From Candidatus Saccharimonadota bacterium (lineage in GTDB: Bacteria > Patescibacteriota > Saccharimonadia > Saccharimonadales > Saccharimonadaceae): DNA of 32,000 nt. Position 1 is the stretch's first letter. Every line of letters begins with the position of its first letter. Position numbers and translations under genes: made by a program. The stretch is taken from assembly GCA_016700015.1 (NCBI GenBank), contig CP064995.1, forward strand, positions 210,001 to 242,000. Reading direction: 5' to 3'. Positions 7,980 through 16,228 of this stretch are shown piece after piece. The notes below the pieces were generated by a model that saw nothing but the letters and a program-made list of their open reading frames with translations, was not told where the DNA came from and ran no database searches.

Positions 7980-7988
7980 TGATATACT
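7980..7988 (+). promoter_or_regulatory. Extended -10 element (TGaTATACT) 7 nt upstream of the leuS ATG
   Basis: TG at 7980-7981 and TATACT at 7983-7988. The ATG is at 7996 and no SD lies between them. Confidence 0.5.
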
Positions 7989-7995
7989 AGTGGCA

Positions 7996-10752
7996 ATGAA
8001 GCGCTACAATCCTACTGAAATTGAGCCGAAGTGGCAGCAGCGATGGGCCGACGACAATCGCTACGCTGCGAAAGACTTTGGTAGCCAGCCAAAATATTAT
8101 GTGACCGGTATGTTCCCGTACCCAAGCGGTGTGGGTATGCACACTGGGCATTTCATGGAGCATTCGATTGTCGACGCAGTGGCGCGGTTTCGCCGCAGCC
8201 TCGGCTACAATGTGCTCTACCCTATGGGTTGGGATAGTTTTGGGCTACCTGCCGAAAACTACGCCATAAAAACTGGCAAAAAGCCGCAGGTTACGACAGC
8301 CGAAAACATAGCCAACTTCAAGAACCAGCTTCGTCGTGTCGGTGCGAGTATCGACTGGAGCAGAGAGCTCAATACCGCCGACCCCGAGTATTATAGGTGG
8401 ACGCAGTGGGTGTTTACTCAGCTCTACCAGCGGGGGCTTGCCTATCAAAAAGAAGCCAATCAGTGGTGGTGCCCCAAAGACAAAACTGTGCTTGCCAATG
8501 AACAGGTGGTAAATGGTCGTTGCTGGCGCTGCGAAGAAATAGTAGTGAAAAAGCCCATGAAGCAGTGGTTTTTCAAAATTACGGACTATGCCGACGCGTT
8601 GCTCGAAGAAATCCCTGCGCTCAACTGGCCAGACAAAATCAAGCTTGCTCAGACAAACTGGATTGGTCGGAGCGAGGGCGCGGAGATTGAATTTACAGTC
8701 GATGATGAATCGGCAACCGCCGACTCACTGAAATTTACCCCAGAGTTGTCGCAAATGATTGTTGACCGTACAAAAACCTCTACAATTCGACTGGAGCCAA
8801 AAAACTTACGTGTTGGCGACAAAGCCGAGTTCTTAACACGCTACAATAGCGACCGGGTGAGTCATTTAGGTACAGCACTCATTACGCAGGTGCGTACTAT
8901 GAAGCTTGGTGCTATTCCCAATGACCTAGCGGGCCACGAACAGATGGATAGCGACGAACAAAAACTGGCTCGCTACCAAGGCTACTACGATGAAAGTGTG
9001 ACGCTCGACACTGCATTTACCATTTATGATTTTGAGTATATTCCCGATACAATTACTGTCTTTACCACTCGCCCCGACACCATTTTTGGTGCGACGTTTC
9101 TTGTACTTGCTCCCGAGCATCCGCTTGTGCCAGGTCTCGTAAACGACAATACGCGTGCTGCAGTCGAAAGCTACACCGCTGAAGCCATTAAGCGCAGCGA
9201 AATTGACCGAGCCGCCGAAGGCAAAGAAAAAACTGGCGTCTTTACCGGGAGTTATGCGGTCAACCCTGCCACGGGCGAAAAAATCCCCATATGGGTGGCC
9301 GACTATGTGCTGTGGGGCTATGGCACTGGCGCGATTATGGCAGTGCCGGCACACGATGAGCGCGACTTTGCATTCGCCGAGAAGTTTGATTTGTCAATTA
9401 TCGAAGTTGTCACAAAGCCTGAAGACGAGGCAGAGCAGTGTTATCACGGAGAGGGTGTACTGCTCAATTCGGGGCAATTCGACGGTATGTCGAGTAGTGA
9501 GGCTCGTGAGCAAATTGTGGCATGGCTTGAACAACAGGGAACGGGTAAAGCAAAAGTCACCTACAAAATGCGCGATTGGCTGATTAGTCGCCAGCGCTAC
9601 TGGGGAGCGCCGATCCCGATCATTCACTGTAAGCAGCATGGCGCAGTTGCCGTGCCCGAACACAATTTACCGGTACTGCTACCCGATATCGATGATTTTG
9701 CACCACGTGGTGATGGCAATACGGCGCTTGGTAGTGTGGAAGACTGGGTGAATACCACATGCCCCACATGCGGCAAACCTGCTAAGCGTGAAACTGATAC
9801 CATGGATGGCTATGCCTGTAGTAGCTGGTATTTGCTCCGCTACACCGACGCGCACAACACTGAGCAGGCATGGGATCCAGCCAAGGCTAATTACTGGGTG
9901 CCGCTCGACATGTATGTTGGTGGTGATCATGCGGTGGCGCACCTGCTGTATGTGCGCTTTTGGACGCACGTGTTCTACGATATGAAGCTACTGAATACCA
10001 AAGAACCTGTCAAGCAGCTGGTGTACCATGGGCTTATACAGGCCGAAGATGGCCGCAAAATGAGCAAAAGCCTGGGCAATGTGGTTGACCCACTCGATGT
10101 GATCGACCAGGGCTATGGTGCCGATGCACTGCGCACCTACGAGCTATTCCTGGGGCCAATCAACGAAAACAGCAACTGGAGCTCGCGCGGTATTACCGGT
10201 AGCTACCGGTTCTTAAACCGGGTATGGACACTGGTGCAAGAATACCAGGAGGCTGAAAAAGCCAGCAAGGGTGATTCCCGCCAGCTGACAGGCCTTACGC
10301 ACGCACTGATCAAAAAGGTCACTGACGATTATCATCGGCTCAGTTTCAATACTGCCATTGCTGCTATGATGGAATACGTCAATGAACTCTACAAGCTAAA
10401 AGTAGATGGCTTTAGTGGGCAGTGGCAGTTTGCACTGGAGTCGCTGATCATACTATTGCAGCCGCTTGCCCCCCATATGACTGCCGAGCTTTGGCAGCAG
10501 CTTGGTCGCGACGATGCGCTTGATTTTGCCAATTGGCCGGTGTGGGATGACAGCCAGATTGTGAGCGACACTATGACGATTATTGTGCAGGTAAATGGCA
10601 AGCTTCGTGCCAAGCTCGATGTGCCAGTAGGCGTGGCAGATGATGACATAAAAGCACTCGCCCTTGCGGACGAGAATGTGAAGCGGTTTGTGACAGACCA
10701 GCCGAAGAAGGTGATATATATCCCTGGCAGGCTTGTTAGTATCGTCGTCTAA
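7996..10752 (+). CDS. leuS: Leucyl-tRNA synthetase with an extra ~115-aa ASCH-like insertion before the CP1 editing domain
   Basis: PYPSGVGMHTGH (HIGH-type), RKMSKSLGN (KMSKS), TTRPDTIFGATFLVLAPEHP and GTGAIMAVPAHDERD (CP1 editing). The protein is 918 aa from ATG 7996; the ORF-track GTG 7990 is an alternative start. Confidence 0.95.
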   Translation: MKRYNPTEIEPKWQQRWADDNRYAAKDFGSQPKYYVTGMFPYPSGVGMHTGHFMEHSIVDAVARFRRSLGYNVLYPMGWDSFGLPAENYAIKTGKKPQVTTAENIANFKNQLRRVGASIDWSRELNTADPEYYRWTQWVFTQLYQRGLAYQKEANQWWCPKDKTVLANEQVVNGRCWRCEEIVVKKPMKQWFFKITDYADALLEEIPALNWPDKIKLAQTNWIGRSEGAEIEFTVDDESATADSLKFTPELSQMIVDRTKTSTIRLEPKNLRVGDKAEFLTRYNSDRVSHLGTALITQVRTMKLGAIPNDLAGHEQMDSDEQKLARYQGYYDESVTLDTAFTIYDFEYIPDTITVFTTRPDTIFGATFLVLAPEHPLVPGLVNDNTRAAVESYTAEAIKRSEIDRAAEGKEKTGVFTGSYAVNPATGEKIPIWVADYVLWGYGTGAIMAVPAHDERDFAFAEKFDLSIIEVVTKPEDEAEQCYHGEGVLLNSGQFDGMSSSEAREQIVAWLEQQGTGKAKVTYKMRDWLISRQRYWGAPIPIIHCKQHGAVAVPEHNLPVLLPDIDDFAPRGDGNTALGSVEDWVNTTCPTCGKPAKRETDTMDGYACSSWYLLRYTDAHNTEQAWDPAKANYWVPLDMYVGGDHAVAHLLYVRFWTHVFYDMKLLNTKEPVKQLVYHGLIQAEDGRKMSKSLGNVVDPLDVIDQGYGADALRTYELFLGPINENSNWSSRGITGSYRFLNRVWTLVQEYQEAEKASKGDSRQLTGLTHALIKKVTDDYHRLSFNTAIAAMMEYVNELYKLKVDGFSGQWQFALESLIILLQPLAPHMTAELWQQLGRDDALDFANWPVWDDSQIVSDTMTIIVQVNGKLRAKLDVPVGVADDDIKALALADENVKRFVTDQPKKVIYIPGRLVSIVV

Positions 10753-10883
10753 GTAATCCGTATAATCTTCTTTTGGTGTCAAAAGAAGCAAAAACGTACT
10801 TTCTTTCGATGAAAGTACCAAAGGATCGACCAGGGGCTCTGCCCTGGACCCGAAAGTGCGGAATATTATTTATAGAAAGGGAA

Positions 10884-10906
10884 AACCCCGCCTAGTTGGC
10901 GGGGTT
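10884..10906. terminator. GC-rich hairpin in the convergent leuS / small-membrane-gene spacer, overlapping the stop codon of the minus-strand gene
   Basis: AACCCCGCC TAGTT GGCGGGGTT. On the minus strand it is followed by TTCCCTTTCT. Three more hairpins lie at 10767-10788, 10796-10818 and 10830-10847. Confidence 0.5.
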
Positions 10907-11170
10907 CCCGTACTTCGTGTCGACCCACTTTGCCAGGTGGAAGGCAGCGAGGTTGACGAATGCCACTCCTAGGGCGACGACTGGGCCTCGGCCCAGCCAG
11001 CCCTCGCTGAAGTACAGCCCGGCCAGCACAACGGTGGTAATGAACCAGGCTCCGGCCCACAGGATTGAGCTTATGCCCAATGCCTCCAGTGCCTCGCCCT
11101 TGCTGAGCAGGGCGACGATGATGAGGGAGACCAGCTCGCCCAGAGCCAGGCCGATGATGAAACCGCTCAT
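10892..11170 (-). CDS. Small hydrophobic membrane protein (about 3 TM), GC-rich gene
   Basis: The 92-aa ORF has clear TM-like segments (GFIIGLALGELVSLIIVALL, ILWAGAWFITTVVLAGLYF, VVALGVAFVNLAAF). AAGGTGG lies upstream of the ATG. The two other ORFs over this span translate to Arg/Pro-rich off-frame-looking sequence. Confidence 0.6.
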   Translation of the reverse strand: MSGFIIGLALGELVSLIIVALLSKGEALEALGISSILWAGAWFITTVVLAGLYFSEGWLGRGPVVALGVAFVNLAAFHLAKWVDTKYGNPAN

Positions 11171-11204
11171 ACCGGCGGCACCACCTTTCTTTTCGAAGAA
11201 CGGG

Positions 11205-11220
11205 GTGGACTAGTGTCCAC
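11205..11220 (-). promoter_or_regulatory. Perfect 6-4-6 inverted repeat at the predicted +1 of the small membrane-protein gene (operator or 5' stem-loop)
   Basis: GTGGAC TAGT GTCCAC lies immediately downstream of the promoter at 11228-11256. Confidence 0.45.
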
Positions 11221-11227
11221 AATTATC

Positions 11228-11256
11228 ATTATAGCACTAATGCTATAAAATGTCAA
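11228..11256 (-). promoter_or_regulatory. Consensus sigma70 promoter for the small membrane-protein gene
   Basis: On the minus strand: TTGACA (11256-11251), 17-nt spacer, TATAAT (11233-11228), with TGc immediately upstream of the -10 box. Confidence 0.7.
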
Positions 11257-11292
11257 TATACATAAGCGTAAATACAACTATTTGTCAATCTA

Positions 11293-11321
11293 TTGAGTTA
11301 TGCGTCAACCTGCGGTATAAT
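11293..11321 (+). promoter_or_regulatory. Promoter for rpmF
   Basis: TTGAGT (11293-11298), 17-nt spacer, TATAAT (11316-11321). Confidence 0.55.
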
Positions 11322-11363
11322 GCAAAGTAAGTTTTATTACATCCGAGAGAAGGAGAACATTTC

Positions 11364-11507
11364 ATGGCACAGCCAAAGAAACAGAGCAGCCCCAGGAAGA
11401 CCGGCCTCCGCCGCAGCCACCTGGTACTTAAGCTTGCTCGCCGCGTGAATGCGAAATCACCAGTCAAGGTCAAGACAACCAAGAACGAAACTGGCAAAAA
11501 GAAGTAG
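11364..11507 (+). CDS. rpmF: 50S ribosomal protein bL32 (47 aa, no zinc-ribbon cysteines)
   Basis: Not in the ORF track because it is under 60 aa. Manual translation: MAQPKKQSSPRKTGLRRSHLVLKLARRVNAKSPVKVKTTKNETGKKK. The PKKxxSxxRxxxRRSH N-terminus is typical of L32. AGGAG lies 8 nt upstream. Confidence 0.8.
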   Translation: MAQPKKQSSPRKTGLRRSHLVLKLARRVNAKSPVKVKTTKNETGKKK

Positions 11508-11558
11508 ATCGCTACTTTTTACGAGTGGGATAATTAACAAAGAAAGAACCAACGCATA

Positions 11559-12020
11559 ATGGCTAGTAACCGTCACCTAGGACGAATCGTCGCACTGCAA
11601 ACTCTTTATGAGTATGAATTTCGTACTCAAGCGAATGACACGACTGTCGATTTGCAGGAAATACTGACGCGCAACCTCGAACGCTATGAATCGGCGATTG
11701 ACGATACGGATTTCGTTAAGGATTTAGTAGAAGGCACTATAGCCGCGCAGACTGATCTAGACGGGAAGATCCAACCAATTGCACCTGAATGGCCGGTTGA
11801 GCAGATAGCACGGATTGACCGCGCAGTCTTGCGACTAGGTATGTACGAACTACTTTATAAAGGAGCTGTCGTGCCGCCAAAAGTCGCGATTAACGAAGCG
11901 GTTGAACTCGCCAAAGCATTTGGTTCTGATAACTCAAGCAAGTTTATAAACGGGGTGCTCGGCACCGCGTTTAGGACACTTGTCGAGGAGAAACCAGACA
12001 ATGCCAGCGCCGAAGCTTGA
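11559..12020 (+). CDS. nusB: Transcription antitermination factor NusB
   Basis: [13 protein letters not shown]..., [26 protein letters not shown]...KFINGVLG; 153 aa. Confidence 0.9.
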   Translation: MASNRHLGRIVALQTLYEYEFRTQANDTTVDLQEILTRNLERYESAIDDTDFVKDLVEGTIAAQTDLDGKIQPIAPEWPVEQIARIDRAVLRLGMYELLYKGAVVPPKVAINEAVELAKAFGSDNSSKFINGVLGTAFRTLVEEKPDNASAEA

Positions 12021-12492
12021 TAAGTTTAAAAAATATTTTCATAAACCAAAAGCCAGTATACAAGAAATCGTCCGGGAGCCTACTGCGGGTGGTGTGGTGT
12101 TTCGTCATGGCAAAGATGGCATAGAAATACTACTCATCCAAGACGCCAAAGACAGGTGGACAATTCCAAAGGGCCATATAGAAGAGGGTGAGAAGGCTGT
12201 TGACGCGGCGCGCCGTGAGATTGGCGAAGAAGCTGGACTGCACAATATTGATATGCTCGGCTGGCTGGGCAAAATCCATTTTCGCTACCGCCGGCTAGAG
12301 CGGCTAGTACTAATGACGACACAGATATACCTGGTGCGGGTACGCGGTGATGGCAATGAAATCCAAAAAGAAGAATGGATGAATGGCATCAAGTGGTTTC
12401 CGTTTAGTGAAGCGCTTGATCTGATAGAATACGAAGATATTGGTAAATTGATGCTGCTTGCCATGAAGCGTATAAGGCAGGAAAAGCTATGA
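12001..12492 (+). CDS. Nudix hydrolase
   Basis: Complete Nudix box [23 protein letters not shown]. The likely start is ATG 12001, with GAGGAG ~10 nt upstream. The ORF-track TTG 11980 is the alternative. It overlaps the nusB 3' end. Confidence 0.85.
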   Translation: MPAPKLDKFKKYFHKPKASIQEIVREPTAGGVVFRHGKDGIEILLIQDAKDRWTIPKGHIEEGEKAVDAARREIGEEAGLHNIDMLGWLGKIHFRYRRLERLVLMTTQIYLVRVRGDGNEIQKEEWMNGIKWFPFSEALDLIEYEDIGKLMLLAMKRIRQEKL

Positions 12493-12592
12493 CCCTAGCT
12501 ATTGGAAAGTGCAGCCAGTTCCGAGCGATTTATTCGCTCGCACTGCGCGATGAGAAAACTGCTTGCAGTTGTCTCATGCACCGGAGGTGGCT

Positions 12593-13303
12593 ATGACCGG
12601 CATGCCTACAGGCCCCTATGTAGATTTTGCCAAGACTAAGCTCGGGTTTGAGTACAACGATATTCAGCTGCTTATTACCGCCCTGACACACCGCAGCTAT
12701 GTGAATGAGCATAAGAAGAGTGTCAGTGAGCACAACGAACGACTGGAGTTTTTGGGTGACGCGGTGCTCGAGCTTGTTGTGACCGACTATTTATTCCAGA
12801 ACTTCAGCGAGCCCGAAGGTATACTCACAAGCTGGCGCGCGGCCTTAGTACGTACCGAGAGCATAGGTGAGGCTGGCCAAAAACTTGGGTTTGAGCCACT
12901 GGTGCGTATGAGTAAGGGCGAGAAAAACGGTAGTGAGCGAGCTCGACTTCAGATACTCGCCAACGCGTTTGAGGCGACTATCGGCTCGATTTATCTTGAC
13001 CAAGGCTACGATGTGGCGAGCGCATTTATTCACACGCACATTTTGAGTAAGCTTGAATCAATCCTCGATGCCGGGACATGGCGTGATCCGAAAAGCCATT
13101 TGCAAGAGGTGAGTCAGCGGATTGACGGCGCAACGCCGGTGTATAAAGTTATTTCAGAAGATGGCCCCGACCACGACAAAGTGTTCACGCTTGGCATATA
13201 TGTAGGGGGTAAATTGATGGGCAAGGGTATAGGGCCAAGCAAGCAGCATGCGCAACAACAAGCGGCCCGTGCAGCCCTAAAAGCATATGAAAAGCGCACC
13301 TAA
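12593..13303 (+). CDS. rnc: Ribonuclease III
   Basis: Signature ALTHRSY...NERLEFLGDAVLELVV plus a C-terminal dsRBD (GPDHDKVFTLGIYVGGKLMGKGIGPSKQHAQQQAARAAL). GGAGG lies 5 nt before ATG 12593. Confidence 0.92.
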   Translation: MTGMPTGPYVDFAKTKLGFEYNDIQLLITALTHRSYVNEHKKSVSEHNERLEFLGDAVLELVVTDYLFQNFSEPEGILTSWRAALVRTESIGEAGQKLGFEPLVRMSKGEKNGSERARLQILANAFEATIGSIYLDQGYDVASAFIHTHILSKLESILDAGTWRDPKSHLQEVSQRIDGATPVYKVISEDGPDHDKVFTLGIYVGGKLMGKGIGPSKQHAQQQAARAALKAYEKRT

Positions 13304-13315
13304 CAGACCCACAGA

Positions 13316-13344
13316 TTGACACCAGAGGCCAGGTAGTGTATAAT
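13316..13344 (+). promoter_or_regulatory. Consensus promoter for rpsP
   Basis: TTGACA (13316-13321), 17-nt spacer, TATAAT (13339-13344), with TG at the extended -10 position. Confidence 0.75.
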
Positions 13345-13397
13345 GCGGGGAAGTATAAAAACAAGCTATAAGTGAAGTAAAAGGAAGATGTAATATT

Positions 13398-13781
13398 ATG
13401 CTCGCAATTCGATTGCAACGTCTCGGCCACAAAGGATACCCAGTGTATCGTCTGGCGGTACAGGAGGCTCAACGCCACCCAAGCAGTGGACGTGTTGTAG
13501 CCTATGTCGGTAGTTATAACCCGCATAGCAAGGAAGTAAAAGTTCAAACCGAAACCGTACAAAAGTATCTTGATAATGGTGCGCAGCCAACGCCACGCGT
13601 AGTGAAGCTTCTTAGAGATGCTGGCGTGAAATTGCCAAGCTGGGTTAAAGAGTACGATGCTACCAAACGGAAAACAACTCGCCATAGCGATAAGTTACGC
13701 AAGAATCAGCCAAAAGAAGAAGCGCCAGTTGCCGAAGAAACACCAGCTGAAGAGTTACAGGTGGAAGAAACGGCAGAATAG
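13398..13781 (+). CDS. rpsP: 30S ribosomal protein bS16 with a charged C-terminal extension
   Basis: MLAIRLQRLGHKGYPVYRLAVQEAQRHPSSGRVVAYVGSYNPH is the canonical S16 N-terminus. The protein is 127 aa. Confidence 0.93.
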   Translation: MLAIRLQRLGHKGYPVYRLAVQEAQRHPSSGRVVAYVGSYNPHSKEVKVQTETVQKYLDNGAQPTPRVVKLLRDAGVKLPSWVKEYDATKRKTTRHSDKLRKNQPKEEAPVAEETPAEELQVEETAE

Positions 13782-13796
13782 CCAAGGACAATATGG

Positions 13797-13820
13797 AACT
13801 CGCCCACACGGGCGAGTTTT
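13797..13820 (+). terminator. Rho-independent terminator after rpsP
   Basis: AACTCGCCC ACAC GGGCGAGTT, followed by TTG. Confidence 0.65.
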
Positions 13821-13875
13821 GCTACAATAGGACACAGCGATAGTAACCGTGAGACAGAAAAGGAGACCAGTGGGC

Positions 13876-14292
13876 ATGTCAACTATTGACCAGCAATTCG
13901 TAGAATATATCGTAAAATCTCTTGTCGGTAACCCAGACGACGTAGTTGTCGACCGGATTGTCGACGAAAAAGGCGTACTACTAACACTTACCGTGAACCC
14001 CGAAGATCTAGGGCGAGTGATTGGTCGTCGGGGTGTGACTGCCCAGAGTTTGCGTACGCTACTCAGGGCACTTGGTACTAAGAACAGTGCGCGCTATAAC
14101 CTAAAAATAGTCAATAACGATAACCCAGAGGAGTCGACTGTACTGTCAAGTGAAGATAAGGATGAGCCCGAAACGTCGGTAGCTGTGGACAACTTTACAG
14201 ATGAAGATGTGGAAAACGACGAAGCTAAAGAGTCGGATTTTGCGAAAAAGTCCCGTGCCGAGCTTGCAGAACTCGACGATCTCGATATATAA
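13876..14292 (+). CDS. KH-domain RNA-binding protein (YlqC/UPF0109 type) with an acidic C-terminal tail
   Basis: VEYIVKSLVGNPDDVVV...LTLTVNPEDLGRVIGRRGVTAQSLRTLL contains the GxxG motif. AAGGAG lies 10 nt before ATG 13876. The ORF-track GTG 13849 is less likely. Confidence 0.85.
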   Translation: MSTIDQQFVEYIVKSLVGNPDDVVVDRIVDEKGVLLTLTVNPEDLGRVIGRRGVTAQSLRTLLRALGTKNSARYNLKIVNNDNPEESTVLSSEDKDEPETSVAVDNFTDEDVENDEAKESDFAKKSRAELAELDDLDI

Positions 14293-14371
14293 TCATAATC
14301 AGTTCAATGCGAGAACACTGAACCACAAGCTCATGCGAGCAAACCCCAAGGTTTGAGAGCCTTATATGTCT

Positions 14372-14405
14372 AAAAACCCCGCCTGTATACAACGGCGGGT
14401 TTTTT
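14372..14405. terminator. Bidirectional rho-independent terminator between convergent genes
   Basis: AAAAACCCCGCC TGTATACAAC GGCGGG TTTTTT, with a T-tract available on both strands. Confidence 0.8.
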
Positions 14406-14424
14406 GGTGGCTATACTGCCGCGA

Positions 14425-14739
14425 CTAGCGTCCCAGTAGTGAAATGGTGACAAATGTTGTAACGATGCCAGCCACAGCGATACTTGAGGTAAGTGCGATA
14501 TGATGGTTGCGACGTGCCTGCATGAGCATAGAAGGTAATGAAGGGGTAACTTCTGAGTCGTCAGGCAGATTAGCGATAGGTGGCGCCAGCGCATGCTGGG
14601 CAGCAATCAGCGTATCGGGCAGATCGTCTGGAACCACATTGTCGTGAAGCGGTATAACCGAAAGGGATCGGGAACTTGCTTCCATGCGCACTGCTTCTTC
14701 GGTGACTTCAATAGTAGAGTGGCGTTTTTCAAACTCCAT
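14425..14739 (-). CDS. Hypothetical protein with a C-terminal TM helix (tail-anchored), antisense to the rpsP-trmD cluster
   Basis: The ORF track gives 14425..14790. I prefer the internal start MEFEKRH (ATG 14739), which sits 9 nt downstream of TGgTATAGT. The C-terminus reads IAVAGIVTTFVTISLLGR. Confidence 0.5.
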   Translation of the reverse strand: MEFEKRHSTIEVTEEAVRMEASSRSLSVIPLHDNVVPDDLPDTLIAAQHALAPPIANLPDDSEVTPSLPSMLMQARRNHHIALTSSIAVAGIVTTFVTISLLGR

Positions 14740-14868
14740 ACTGTTTATACTATACCAGCTTAGTGTACAAATGGAAAGCCCGGTCACCATTGTGGTGCCG
14801 GGCTGTGGTCATACTTTTATTATAGCACATATAGACAAAAATTGCAATACCTGTTAAGCTAGTAACAG

Positions 14869-15534
14869 ATGGCAAAACCACAAAAATTCCAAGTGATTAC
14901 TCTCTTTCCCGAAATGTTTGAGGGAGTGTTTGGTAATAGCATGATGTGGAAAGCCCAAAAAGATTGTCTTGTTGAGCTCACCACAGTGAATTTACGTGAC
15001 TATGGTCTCGGTCCGCGCCGGCAGGTAGACGATACCCCCTATGGCGGCGGTGATGGCATGTTGCTGATGATTGAACCGCTATGGAACGCGGTGATGCACG
15101 CTAAGCAGGCCGATCCGTCGGCGAAGGTACTACTTATGACACCTCGTGGGCTGCGTTGGCAGCAGGCAATGGCCAAAGAGTACAGTGAGCAATCGCACGG
15201 CTATATACTAATTTGCGGCCGCTACGAAGGCTACGATGAGCGCATTTTGGCGCTGGTTGACAAAGAAATTAGTATAGGTGACTACGTTCTCACCGGTGGC
15301 GAATTACCTGCAATGACGATCATCGACAGTATTGTACGGCTTATTCCCGGCGTACTGGGTGGAGCGGAAAGTGCTGCCATCGAAAGCTTTAGTGATGGTC
15401 AGACGCTGGAATTCCCGCAGTATACTCGCCCAGAGCAGTGGAATGGCATGCGCGTGCCAGATGTGCTGCTAAGCGGGCATCATGGCGAAATAGCCAAGTG
15501 GCGAATGGGTGAGTCGAAAAAAGTAAAAGGCTAG
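14869..15534 (+). CDS. trmD: tRNA (guanine37-N1)-methyltransferase
   Basis: FQVITLFPEMFEG, DDTPYGGGDGML, ICGRYEGYDERI and DYVLTGGELPAM motifs; 221 aa. Confidence 0.93.
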   Translation: MAKPQKFQVITLFPEMFEGVFGNSMMWKAQKDCLVELTTVNLRDYGLGPRRQVDDTPYGGGDGMLLMIEPLWNAVMHAKQADPSAKVLLMTPRGLRWQQAMAKEYSEQSHGYILICGRYEGYDERILALVDKEISIGDYVLTGGELPAMTIIDSIVRLIPGVLGGAESAAIESFSDGQTLEFPQYTRPEQWNGMRVPDVLLSGHHGEIAKWRMGESKKVKG

Positions 15535-15752
15535 TCTACGCGTACAACCAAACAAATACCCCACTTAAGCAGCGGGGCATTTGAAAAGATATGTTGTGGT
15601 GGATATATCGTAGAGCGATGAAACAAGGTTTTTTGGTGTGTTTGTTTTTGTTACTTCGCTATTAGATACAGTACGCCTTTTTTCCCCTAAGCGCAAGCAT
15701 TAAGGCAAAAAACACAACATTTACACACCCCTGTTGGCGTATACTATATGAT

Positions 15753-16226
15753 ATGAAGCAGTACCTGAAGCGTAGTGTACCGGCTGTATTCTTCACGAAC
15801 ACCGCCTATTTTCGTGCGCTAGCACTTGGGACAGTCTATTTGTTTTTGGCGATAACACAGCTGTTTACGTTTGAGAAGTTTGCTGATGTCACTGTGGGGT
15901 ATGGCATGGTAGGGGGTGATATTGTGGCAGCTTTGGTCGCCGGCCTTATGCCACTTCTTGAAGTAGCGGCTCTACCATATTTACTTTCAATGCGACTATC
16001 GAGCCGTGCACGCCAGGTGTCAAAGTTTGCCGTCATTGCAGCGCCGAGTGTATGGTTTGCGATCGGCTTCTACCTTACTGTGGTCGGTAAAATCGGAATT
16101 AATAGCGGTTTGATGGGTGCAACGCTTTATACACCCGTGAGCTGGTGGATTGTCATCTTTGCGGCGCTGTTTTCGTGGGCGGCACTGCTTGTTGTTCGTG
16201 AACTGCCAAAACGACGTGGCGCCTAA
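15753..16226 (+). CDS. Integral membrane protein (4 TM), possibly MauE/DoxX-like
   Basis: 157-aa hydrophobic ORF. Its stop lies 2 nt before the ATG of the Erm-like gene. The family assignment is a weak impression only. Confidence 0.65.
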   Translation: MKQYLKRSVPAVFFTNTAYFRALALGTVYLFLAITQLFTFEKFADVTVGYGMVGGDIVAALVAGLMPLLEVAALPYLLSMRLSSRARQVSKFAVIAAPSVWFAIGFYLTVVGKIGINSGLMGATLYTPVSWWIVIFAALFSWAALLVVRELPKRRGA

Positions 16227-16228
16227 CT

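Noticed and set aside
6817-9969. Antisense or off-frame ORFs inside murF and leuS (for example 6817..7422, 8926..9354, 9155..9583, 9679..9969).
   Set aside because: They are embedded in genes with unambiguous family motifs, and I see no independent start signals.
10866-11222. ORFs 10866..11222(-) and 10896..11213(+) overlapping the 92-aa membrane-protein ORF.
   Set aside because: Their Arg/Pro/Gly-rich translations are typical of wrong frames in GC-rich DNA. Only the 92-aa frame has TM-helix periodicity, an SD and a promoter.
15591-15665. 24-aa hydrophobic mini-ORF (MLWWIYRRAMKQGFLVCLFLLLRY) in the 218-bp trmD-downstream spacer.
   Set aside because: It has no convincing SD or promoter and is too short to evaluate without conservation or Ribo-seq data. 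I noted it only.
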